In this document: positions 27,543 to 38,741 of the stretch, piece by piece
Layout: each line of letters opens with the position of its first letter
Numbering within the stretch: position 1 is the stretch's first letter
Origin: Cycas panzhihuaensis
Lineage: Eukaryota; Plantae; Cycadophyta
Direction of reading: 5' to 3'
Assembly: GCA_023213395.1 (NCBI GenBank)
Contig: CM041465.1
Span: 202,561,741 to 202,625,740, forward strand
Length of the DNA stretch: 64,000 nt
Translations under genes and position numbers: made by a program
The notes under the pieces: model-generated
Told to the model about the DNA's origin: nothing
The model's input: the letters and a program-made list of their open reading frames with translations, nothing else
The model's database searches: none

Positions 27543-29021
27543 ATTTCCACGTCATTCCTTTAAAGAGCAGCAGCAACCACTTCCCCCACAAATCCAATCT
27601 CCCATCGACAGATTGCCTGAGCTTTAATGTCTTTTAAATATCGATCTGGGAAAACCACGCAACCGTGAAACATTATAAGAGATCTATCTGTTTTTATTTT
27701 GTGTTATTTTATTTTTATTGGAACGTCGATGTAAAAAATTGATCTGCATATTGAAAGGCCTGTCAGGCTGTGTGTCATAGTTCCAGATATCGTAGTTGTG
27801 CCATGTCGTCTGGCTGAATCGATTTTCAGCGCGAAAAGGCGTCGATAACCCTTTTCTATTGCCTTTCACATTTTGTCGAGAGCATTAACATTAAATGCAG
27901 AGACATTTATGGCTTTTGACCTTCTGTGAAGAGCTTTAAATGCTCCATGCTGCAGAATTTGAAGGTTCTGAAGGGTGAAACAGATCCCATTCGTTTATTA
28001 AAGTATTGCATTGATTGATTGGGGACGGGCGGAATTTGAGGATAGTTATTTAATTTGAATACGATCTGTGAGACGTAAAGGAGGGCAAACTGGATCACAT
28101 TTATTTATTGTCAGACATTAATTAATGGGAAATCTTTCGAATTTTTGAAGAATTAGTCAGAGGCCGATTAATGGGGGCGATGTCAAGTTGAGCTGTTGGT
28201 GGTTATTTCTTGTGGGCAGTTGTTGGGCATGAAGGGAATATAATGTTGTTTTAAGTTCATAGTCCAATTGGAAGAGTTGCCTTTTGTTAGCCCACATAGA
28301 TGTTGCGTTCTTTTTTTTATGAAACAATTGATTATCCTTTGTACCATCTTATTAGGGGAATTTATTATGTCACTGTCTATGTAACATTCTACTCAACTTG
28401 TTGTAGTTGTGTGGTGGGTGCACATTTCAATTAAGTGCCATGATTAAAAGGTCAAGGTTGTGCTTTTTGAAAGATTAAAAAAACTCTTGGATGCATATAC
28501 TTAATTAGAATGTGGGCAATGGAGATATCACGCCTTCCAATTTGCAACAAACAAGTGAAATTTATTGATTGCAACCACCAAAATGATGGTAGTAAATAAC
28601 TATTGCCACCAAACATGGCATGAGAATTAGACCAAAGCCTCAAGCTACTAAACTTGGCATGATGAGACATCTAATCTATGTCATAAAATGGATGTTCTAA
28701 TTGTATGCGTCTTAGTTTTCAATAATGATAAACATGATCAATGATTTTATCTTCAATCTTAGTCCAATTGAATATCATAATTGGACTATTTTTATTCTTT
28801 CAAAGGTACATCAACATGTTGAGTTTCTCTGCTTCTTAGGTTATGTTGCAACTTACAAAAGACTTTATAAAGCCATTTTACTCCATCCCCACTTTAACTA
28901 GCTATAAGTGTTAAGTCCTCAGTCTCATAGTTTGGTAGTGCCATGCTTATGTGAACCTTGAAATGGACACAACTTGACTAAACATCTCATTATTATATGT
29001 ATAATATCTAAGTAAGTGTAT
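27543..29021 (-). promoter_or_regulatory. Orphan paralogous copy of the KCS upstream region (homologous to 9633-~10075 and ~10650-11415)
   Basis: Colinear shared blocks: TTCCACGTCAT, TTAAAGAGCAGC, ATTGATCTGCATATT, CTGAATCGATTTTCA, GAGAGCATTAA, GTCAGAGGCCGATTAATGGG, CATGGCATGAGAATT, TAATTGGACTATT, CCTTGAAATGGACACAA. No KCS CDS adjacent. Confidence 0.88.
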
Positions 29022-30825
29022 TGCTTTATCATTAGATTGAGCCTTAAGCATAAGTTTCAATAGCAATGTCTAATTATTTATGCTTGTAATTTCTCATTAC
29101 CTTAGTGTTAAGTGCCATTGATGCCATCCATTGCTTCATTTATCTCACCTCACTAATGCTTGCCAATCATGATTATGGGGTCTTATTTCTCCTACTTGAG
29201 TCTTAGATATATAGGTTTTGTTGCCTGCTTTCATCATCAATGTTATTTTCTTACCTATGCTATTATCAAGGTTGAATCATAGGCTTGTTTCTTATTCATG
29301 TTGGCATCACTTGTAGGTACATTACATGCTAATCACATTTGAAAGGTGTTTGTAGGGATCATCATATCCTGCTTGGGACTCCTATTTTGTGAGATATTTC
29401 TTTTTATTTTCATACTATCATATTTGATTTCAGATGGTAATACATGTCATGGTTTATAATAACTATTGGACATTCTATCCTATTTTATTATATTATGTTT
29501 ACACTTTGTACATAGGCCATGTTTCAAACTTAATGTGATTGATGTTCATCAGATAAGTATAGAGATAATGGACAAATTTCATTTGGCAAAAATTGAAATG
29601 CCATACTCTTACAAGTTAATGGAAGTTGGTGCTTAAGTTTATCTTTCCACTTCCTTCTTAGCTTCTTATGCAATTCATGTAAGAGTTATATCAAGGGAAA
29701 ATATCGAATCATAAGGATATTTTGCCTCTTTATTACAAGGTTTCTTTGAAAGAGATTATAAGCTTCTATGTGTATGTCTGGGCTTTACTCTTTTATAGTT
29801 CTAAATGTCATTTCTAATCTTCAACATTTATTATACTAATCCTCTCCTTAGCATGTTAAACAAATCTAATTTTATTAGATGGGCTAATTTCTTTATATGA
29901 AATTATAGTTAGTATAGTGAGTGTGTTAATGACAAGTTTATTTTACATATCATATATAAAATGTTGATCACATTCAGAAGAAAAGGAAACCACTTTCTAC
30001 TAAGTAGCATGCCTATGACATTGATTCATCACTAGTCTTCAAATGAGTGATTCATAGCTTGCTAAATCCAGTTATTAGCTTGTTTTGGTTCCTTATGATA
30101 TTTACATAGTTTACAACAAATTTGTCATTCCATTTTATACATGAAAATGAATGCACAATAGTTTCTTGGTCATGTGCGTCTTCTTAGCAACTTCCACTCT
30201 ATTATTGTAATATGTGTGCTATTGTTATAGCCCAATTAAGAACTCACTCATATACATTCATTATTTAAATTTCAATTTTGAGTTATTATTTTAGGTATAT
30301 CCTCTTAGTACTTTAGCCCTTGTGTCCTAAGTATATCATTTTATTATTACTTAAGTTATATTTAAGTATATGTTCTTATTAGGTCGCTCCTTACAAGATT
30401 TTATATTTGTGTTTTTAATAGTGTTTATCTCCATGATATATGGTTGGTTATTCTTTGCCCTCCATTTTTTAAGCTTATAAGCATATCATCAATTAAGTCA
30501 TGTAAGAAAGATTAGCTAATCTCGTACCTTCTTTTAAAATAATTCCACAATTATGACTTATAATCTTAACCTTGGGAATAAATTATTATATTAATACACT
30601 ATGATATCAAATCTTATTTTTGTATCAAATGAGCATCCACCTAACATAACTAACATCTTGGCATACCATTAAGACAATTAACATCTTAGCATGCACCCAA
30701 CACAACTAGCATCTCAACACATAATCAATGTAACTAACATCTTAATATAGATTGATTAGATGTTAGTTGTATGCATAATGTTATGAGGCCACAAGAAATA
30801 ATTGTGAGTAATACTATTTATATAC

Positions 30826-31400
30826 TACTATAAAATAACACATTTTGTGAGTTGCTTTTCATCTTCTTTTCATGTAAATTTGACACTACTAAAAAAAAAA
30901 AAAAATCTAAGAAACATTATTGACATAATCACCAAAAGAATTGCTAGGAGATAACTATTATAAGTAAAAAGTCATATGTATGAGTGCAATGTATTACTAA
31001 ACTGTTTACTTTTCAAACAAACAAAAGAGTTATGTTTGTGTAATTTATATGACATTTTAGTTGCATTTGTTAAACTAATAAATTTGCATTATGCAGGTAG
31101 TGACAAATACTTGAAAATAAATGTCACACCTATTACTTTATAACAAATTTTAATAAAGGATTTGACCTATGACACGTGGTAAGATTTGGATGGCATACAC
31201 GACATGCATTTTTATAAAAAGTCACATATGTAACTTTCTATATCTATAGTAGACATGGCATTACATAGCTTATTTATGGCATCACTATATTTTTCTTTTA
31301 AAAAGTTAGGGATGTAACTTATAGTCAAGTGTCTTATAAAGTTGTAAATCCTATGACCCATACATGTTTGTGATCCAGGTCACAATTAAGCCAATTCTAA
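30826..31400 (+). mobile_element. Possible decayed CACTA transposon end
   Basis: CACTACTAAAAA at 30884, a degenerate similar motif at 30826, and dispersed GTCAYA/TATGAC subterminal-like repeats. No matching second end or TSD found. Confidence 0.35.
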
Positions 31401-33109
31401 TATTTAGATAATAAAAGTATTATTATTATGTATTTTAAATTATAAGAGTGATACGAGAATATATTTATGATTTTTTAATTATTGTTTATTATTTCTTTTG
31501 GAGAGGCTTGTCCTTTGTTTGCACTATCAAAGGTAAGGTTTCCAACATTCTATATAGGATGATTGGGTTGCTCAACTCTATATAAATTCATTATTTATTA
31601 TTATTTTTTAATTTTTTTGTTGTTTATTACTTTTGTAATGTCTTAGAACATTACAAGTGGTACTAGAGGTTGTTAAAAACCTTTAAAACTTCATCAACCT
31701 TCCAGAGTTTTTGTCAGTGTTCTCAACTATCTATTACTAGTTTAGACCCTATTTATTTTATATAAATCTACCATGATTATACATACCCAGACCATTAATA
31801 TTAATTATAGAGAATATGTTAGTATCATAGCAAAGGTCATAACTATAATAGGGAAACCTTGTTGTGCCATAGTTACATTTGATAGTTTCAAGCACAAGAA
31901 CTCTAGGAAAGAAGATGTTAGCAATTTGCTTAAGCTAAAAGGATGCAAAATGTTGTGAAGTGCTACAAGAGTATTATGAGCCAAATGATAATGCCTCAGG
32001 ATAAAGATTCAAAGAAAAGAAAAAAAAAAAGAAAAGAAAAAGAGAAAAGAAGGGATTTAATTTTATTTATTTATTTAATTTATTTAGGTGAAATTATAAT
32101 GATAATTTAAGGGGATTATACAACTTTATATGAATGCCCTATTAGTATAAATACCAATAAGAAAGGAACCACCTAGGGCATCTGATCATCAATGTTGATT
32201 CTTATTTAAACTTAATGCGTGTGGAGCCCAAACATTGTCACTAACCAAGTAATTCACCCAAAGGTGTACACTTTGCTTTTAATTTTTTTTATCTTTTTAT
32301 TTTTTAAAAATTAAAGTTAATCTAGAGCTAGAATGATTCATTTCCTTACCATACTTAATATCTTCTCATTTATTTATTTATCTAAAAGAGAAAAATTCAA
32401 TTTTAAGGTAAGACCAATGTTAACATATTCAAAGGTTCTTTTGGCCTCATTATTGCCTACAAAATTCATTTGAGAGCCTCAATTACCATACAGATAGTCA
32501 AACATCATAAGTCTACTAAACACCTTTCTAATTATACTTAAAACTAATTAAACTAAGCTAAGGTGCAAGCATATAATGATACTCATTGAGTCCATCACTA
32601 TTTAAAAATTTAAACTAAAATCTCAAAATAAGATAGCCTATCTAATTTATTCTTGTTGCTCCTTGCCTGCACTACAACCTCCATTTTAAGGACCTTTTCA
32701 TTTAGATTCTTCTTCTAATAGTTACTATCTAGGAAGGCAAGTCCATGATCCTAGTAAATTTCAAGGTAGAAGTTATCATAAGAGAAACTAATGTTAAATG
32801 ATTGGATATCATACAAAACACAATACACACAAATGTCCAAAGGTTGAAATCTAAATCCAATAGGCTACAAAAAGGACATGGAAGACTACAAGAAGGATAT
32901 AGGAAATTACTATAAAGCATAAATGAAAATATATAAATGTTATAGAGATTAATGGAATTAAAGTAAGGAAAAAGGCCTATATCTAGCCATAATAAACATA
33001 AATAAACACCATAACCAAGTCCCAATGAGTGCAGTTATAGACTAGTTTTTACAACATAATCAAACACCCATAGTTTTGCAAATAATCAAGATGCAAGAGA
33101 AGTGACTTT

Positions 33110-33845
33110 GTTTAGATTTGATGGATTAATCAAATCATAAGGATGCCTAGAAAATGTTGAAGCTACAATTTTAGATAATAGAATCTTGTCTATATACAAG
33201 CAAGTACAATCTACATTTAATCAACTAGAAGGATATGCTTTTACTTGTGATGATAATTAGTTCATGGTCACCATTAATAAGGGCTTAGCTTCGATAACTT
33301 TAGAAATGAATTATTAAGTCAATCATTTAGGAATTAGGGAGAGTCATGTAATATTGAACTCACACACATGATATAGTAAGAGTTAATAGTGGTTGAGTAC
33401 ATAGAGAAGTTTGAGAGGCTTGTAAGCAAGGCAAACATACATTTGGATTAAGTTATAAATATCTATACGAGTGAATCAAGAATAGAACTTAGGGTAGATT
33501 TATTCATATAGAAGCCTGAAACCTTATATGACACCACCAATTGGGCCCAACAAAAAGAAGTAAGAGATTAAGTAGTTTATAGTTGATACTTTAACTTGTA
33601 AAGGGTACACGCAATATACTCTAGATGTTTAGAATCACCACTACCATAATTGGTAGAAGAACAAATACTCATAATATCATTAACCACATAGATCACCATA
33701 AAGGTAGACTAGAATTTTTGTGATTACAATGAGACATGGATACTTGGCTATTATAGAATATATAAGGTTAAAAGAAGTAGTTCTATATGTTAGAACCATC
33801 AAAAGGCTACATGGAACTAGACACAAATAACACAAAAGAAGCAGT
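33110..33845 (+). pseudogene. Degenerate Ty3/gypsy (chromovirus-type) gag; target of element A insertion
   Basis: FDG...QLEGYAFT; VVEYIEKFERLVSK; KPETLYD; NFCDYNETWILGY (resembles LCFxCxExWxPGH). Broken by stops and frameshifts. Confidence 0.65.
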
Positions 33846-36800
33846 TGGAAGTGCCTCTATGGGGTGTCACTAAATACAAGGGGATCAAGCCTACACAATC
33901 ATTAAATAAAGGGCTTAAAGATCCTTGCGAGTAGGGGAATAGGTCACCCATAAAGGGTGTCCATGTGTAAGAATGCAGTTTCGAGGACTCGCAAATGGTG
34001 CACAAGACCTCCCTTTAGATGGGTACCTTCTTGGATTCAAAGTGGGAAAAAGTGTCCTCGGTTTGCTAAGTAGCCTCAAAGGGGACTCTCCTATCTTAGT
34101 GGGTTAAGGAAGGAGAGGAAAGATAAAAGGGGATTTTCCTGAGACGAAGGGAAAAGAAGAGGCGAACCCTAGCAGAGAAGGGGTGCCTATGGAACAATAA
34201 AGGGGTAGCAAGTAGAAAGGATGTAAACATGAGGTTTGGTGTAGGAAAACCAACTCCTATATGGGGTAAGGCAAGTAGGGTACCTTACCAAAGGGTAGCT
34301 AAAGGGAACACCTCTAAGGTTTATATGCATTAGATGAGTGATTAAGGAAGTTAAGAGTTTCGGGAGATGTCTTTGTTTCACTCAAGAAAGTGATGTAATA
34401 ATGTGAAATAAAATTGCTACTAAATAAATGCAATTCAAAGGAAAAGAAAACTCTCTTCTTTATCTCTCAGTTCCTCTCTATCCTTTTCTTTTATGAATGA
34501 AAAGACAAGGGAACAAAGGGGAAAAGTAAATGTAAGAAAAGAGGGCAATAACTAGTGCAATTTATCCTAATGATTCATAGGAAGAAAAGTAACCATTAAG
34601 AGGCATAAATCCCTTTATGTTCCTACCCTGGTAAGTGCAAAGAGCATGCAAAGAGGAGGGAAGTGCAATAAGGGGAAAGAAACCGTTTTGTTATTCTTCA
34701 CTAAGGATGCAATATAGGTGGTATATCAACTCAAACTACCCTTGTTTGAATGCCTATACAACAAGGAAGGGAAAGAAAGTGTGGTTAATGCATGCCAATG
34801 CAATGAATGTCTTCCTTTCTTAATGAATGTAAAGTGGATGATCTATAAGCAAGAAATAATGCATGCAACCTTTTTCTTTTCTTTTCTTTTGGGAGAGGGG
34901 GAAAAAGATAAGAAAGAAGGAAGAGTTGGAGGAGGTGTACCTAAAACTGAGTCAGTTGGTAAAGCATGCCTTTCTTCCTTTTTTACGATCCCTCTATCGG
35001 TCACCTCACGCTCCTTATCATGGTTGGCGTTATAGGTGGAAAGTTGGTGGGGCTTCCTTACCTTCCCCAAGAAGCTTGTGCAAAAAGAAATAAGAAAAGT
35101 TGCAAGGAAAAAATCTCAAAGGAAAATAAAAGAAACAAACTACACATACCTTTCACTACGATTCTCGCTTGCTTCGAAAAGCAAAACCTGTTTGATAGAT
35201 TGGTTTCCTTTCTAGGAGGAGCTACATGTATATATGGGAATAAATAGATATTTGTACATACATATGCTTACTAAAAGAAAATGTGATCTTGCTTATGTGC
35301 TTCTAAAAGGAAACAATATGGTACTCAATTTTCCTTAATATGCATGCAAAGTATTTAAACAATCCTTTAAGGGAAAATTTGGGGTAAAAGAGATGAGAAA
35401 GCCTTGGAATGGCCAGCCCTCTAGAACAGGGCACCTCCATGTGATCAAGTACTCCAAACAACTAAATCAATAAAAGGTTTGTGGCTTCTAAGTAAATAAA
35501 GAAGGTAACAAGGTTTGCAAGAACAAAAGTTGTAAAAGCTGCAAAAACTGTAATTATTGGAAAAGTTATAATGTTTCAACTTTTGTAAGTTTTGCAAGAT
35601 AAGGAAAGAATCCAACACACTATAAGATTCATAAAGGAATATGATTTTAGACAATGTATGAGGGCTGGTTGCAAGCATTACAAGTGGTTGCCAATGCTAC
35701 AACAGACAAGAACCCTCATCCCCAAGGGTTTCTAGGTGTGTAAGGTAGATATGAGATGGGAGAAATAAGAAAGGTAGGGGGCTACCTTAGAGGATGTGGC
35801 TAAGAGGGTCAAAACCCTAGCCTTAAGCTCCCCTTCTTCCTTTTTACAAGTTCCCATAACCCACTTGATGGTAGCCCAAAAGGAACCTCAAGAGATGTGG
35901 AAGGGTGAGCAAGGGGAAGGAAGGGTTTGCCTTCCTTGGAAAGGATTTAAGAAACAAATGTATAAAGGAGATTTTTAGGTAAATAAAGGACAATACTCAT
36001 AAAATATTCTTGCCAAAGGAAGAAACAGTAAGGTGTAGACCTGAAATCACTACTAAAACTAGTTTAGAGTAGATATTACCTCATAGACTGGTTGGAGGAG
36101 GCAGATCCCTTCTAGTAGGTGGAGGAAAACTCCACTTAGCAATATAAAGAAGATGAGAAACTTACACAAGGCTAGAGTGATGGCTAGAGTGAGCCCTTAA
36201 GAGGAGAAACCTACTAGAAACAGACTACTATAGACCTACAACTTAGAGTTTTGCCCTAAGGAAAGAAGGAGATAAGAGAAGAGAGTAGGAAATAACAATT
36301 AGAGACATTTTTCTTTCTCAAATGAGACAAGAGAGATAAAGTGAGTTTGAAATTAGGTTTTTGTACTCAATTTTGGTCTATCGAGCGATTAGGAATCGCT
36401 CTGGGTAGAAAATAACCCACTTCCATGTGTCAGTTTTACAATAAATGCAAAACAGACCATTGCCAGGCTTAGGATTCAAATGATCGATTGCCTTGCAACA
36501 AACTTCGCGATACCATGAAGTTTGCCATAGTATTGTGAATAGTGTTGCGGTGCACCCAAAACATAGAGAAAAATAAAAGGGAGGCTTGGGAGGTCCCAAA
36601 AAAATAGGTTCTAGACTTAAATAAAGCAAGATACTAGGCTGGCAAGGCATCTAAGAGACCTTTAAGTAATGGGGGGAAACTTATTAAATAAGGAAAAGAT
36701 GGTGATTAGGCCCCAACACTAGTCAAGTGGCAAGTACAAGGGTGATCAGGCCTAGAACGAGGTGTTAGGGATCACACAATGCCAAAAGATGATCAAAAGT

Positions 36801-37086
36801 AGGCAACAGGAGCCCAAGAGTACTCAGGAGTGTTGTGGAGGTGTAATGGAGGGCTATATTATACCATGGGATATTTTTCCTTAGTCATCATAGGCTGAAA
36901 TAATAGTTATAAGCATAAAAGAGTAGGCAAGCTAAGCATATTAACCGTGTAGACAACAACAACCATGCAGAATATATCTAATGAATATCTAACCACATTT
37001 TGAAGTGAATGAAGTGCAAGGTTAAAGATATACCTATGCTTACCTAGGAGGTGTCGTCCATGTCCATTCTCAGTAGCTGAGAAACA
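33846..37086 (-). repeat. Element A 3' LTR (~3.24 kb)
   Basis: Direct repeat of 63061-64000 and inverted homologue of solo LTR 14106-23432. TG...CA termini. Confidence 0.92.
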
Positions 37087-37589
37087 CTACCCCCTTAGCA
37101 GCAAAGCCTCGATGCTCAGAAGTATAGAGCAATGGCAAATGTTGTCAATACAAAGGTTAGTATTGTGCATCAATATAAAAGGGTATCATTATCTAAGGGG
37201 AGTGGCAGGTGTTGTGGCAGAACACATGGACAAGAAAGCAAAATGGGTGGCACAGGGGCTGCTTATGTATCACCTTAGAATTTGATATATAAGAAAGAGG
37301 GGATGAGGGGGATACCTCCCCATTACACCTATGCAAGATGAGTGATGTGCATAGTCATGAATACAATCAACGAATGGATATGAGTATAAGATATATACAT
37401 GTAGAGATCGAAGTGCAATGGCTTCGTACCATAGGTTGTATAAAGGGCAGGCTAGAGAAACAAACTTAGTAATTACCATAGTTTAACCTCATTAGTGGCT
37501 TGCTTTCAAAGGTACAAAGAAAACATAAGTGGAGGATGGGACGATCCCAGAGCCTGGCCAATCGGGCAACCCGCTAGGCAACCTAAGGA

Positions 37590-38131
37590 GGATCATCCAA
37601 AAGAGAGAGATGACACTCGAGGATGCAATGAACGAGGCCATCTGCCTCGGCATTTAAGTCTCATGGGATGTGTTGAATATCCACAGATAAAAAATGAGAT
37701 AAAAGGGATTTGGCAGTTGACAAGAGGGCTCTTAATCGTGGGAAATGCACCTAGTAAACCTGGGTTAGCTATGACACGATGATCTGAGAGTCACAAAAGA
37801 GGATGATGGGACCATGGTGGAAGCAAAGTGCATCGATAAGGGCCTCAATAACAACTGTATATTCAACTTCGTTATTTATGGCCTCATGGAGAAATATTTT
37901 AGAATACATATAGTCATGTCCGAAGGGGTCACTGAGGATCCACATGGCAACAAAAGGTCTTGGATTGCCACGACTTCCTCCCTCAGTGAAGATAAGTAGC
38001 ACCATAGTGAAAAGAATAGGGTTTGCATTAAACAACAAGAGAAATAGTGATGATAAGGTCAAAAAGTAAGGAGAAGGAAAAGATATAGCAATGGGACTAA
38101 AATAGCTTGAAATGCTATGAATATGGATCAT
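37590..38131 (-). pseudogene. Archaeal-type RNase H (aRH) of element A, downstream of integrase
   Basis: IFTEGGSRGNP, INNEVEY, CDSQIIVS; premature stop after the last motif. Confidence 0.85.
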
Positions 38132-38741
38132 GAGAGGATAGGAGAGCCCTAGGTGGAGGTTGCCAGGCTCGAGGAAGCCTACCTAACGAAAAGGTAAGGA
38201 AAAGATAGTAAGAGAGCTCCTTTGGGGCTCCTAAGGGTCGCAAACAAGGCTAATGAAGGTCCAGAAAGGAGGAGGCACTTCCCTTGGGAGTCTCAAATGC
38301 TTGAATAGGTGGTAAAAATGGATCCAGAATGCCGAAACGAGTTAAAGGAGTATAAACACATATATGTTTCAGAGCAGCACAAAAAACAAGGTAGAATGGG
38401 CCTTTAAGAGATAGAAGGGGTCATCATAAATATGCCAAAAGATCTCAAAATAGAGGCTACAAGAGCAAAATAGAGGATAAACCCTAAAGGCAAAGTAGAT
38501 AAGGGTAAGGAGATGGTCTTAAGGGCTATTGTAGCAAGGGAAAAGGAGAAAGTGCTCCTGAGGACCCCCACATATATAAAGAGAGGAGGATGAAAATGGA
38601 ATTCATTTTCACAGGCCCTGCAATCGATCTGGAACCCTCCCTTCTACGCAACAAAGCCCTATCAGGATTTAGGAGCATTTTTTGGGAGATTTGACTTTTA
38701 GATCGAGGCACAGAGATAGTTGACGAGACTGGGATGATGAG

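Noticed and set aside
29400-30250. Possible minus-strand copia protease-region remnant
   Set aside because: Only faint motif traces (THMTK, LISLSK-like); not supportable by eye.
30640-30772. ~29-bp repeat units with a constant ACTAACATCT core, superficially array-like
   Set aside because: Degenerate minisatellite with one inverted unit in a eukaryotic context. Not CRISPR, and no associated genes.
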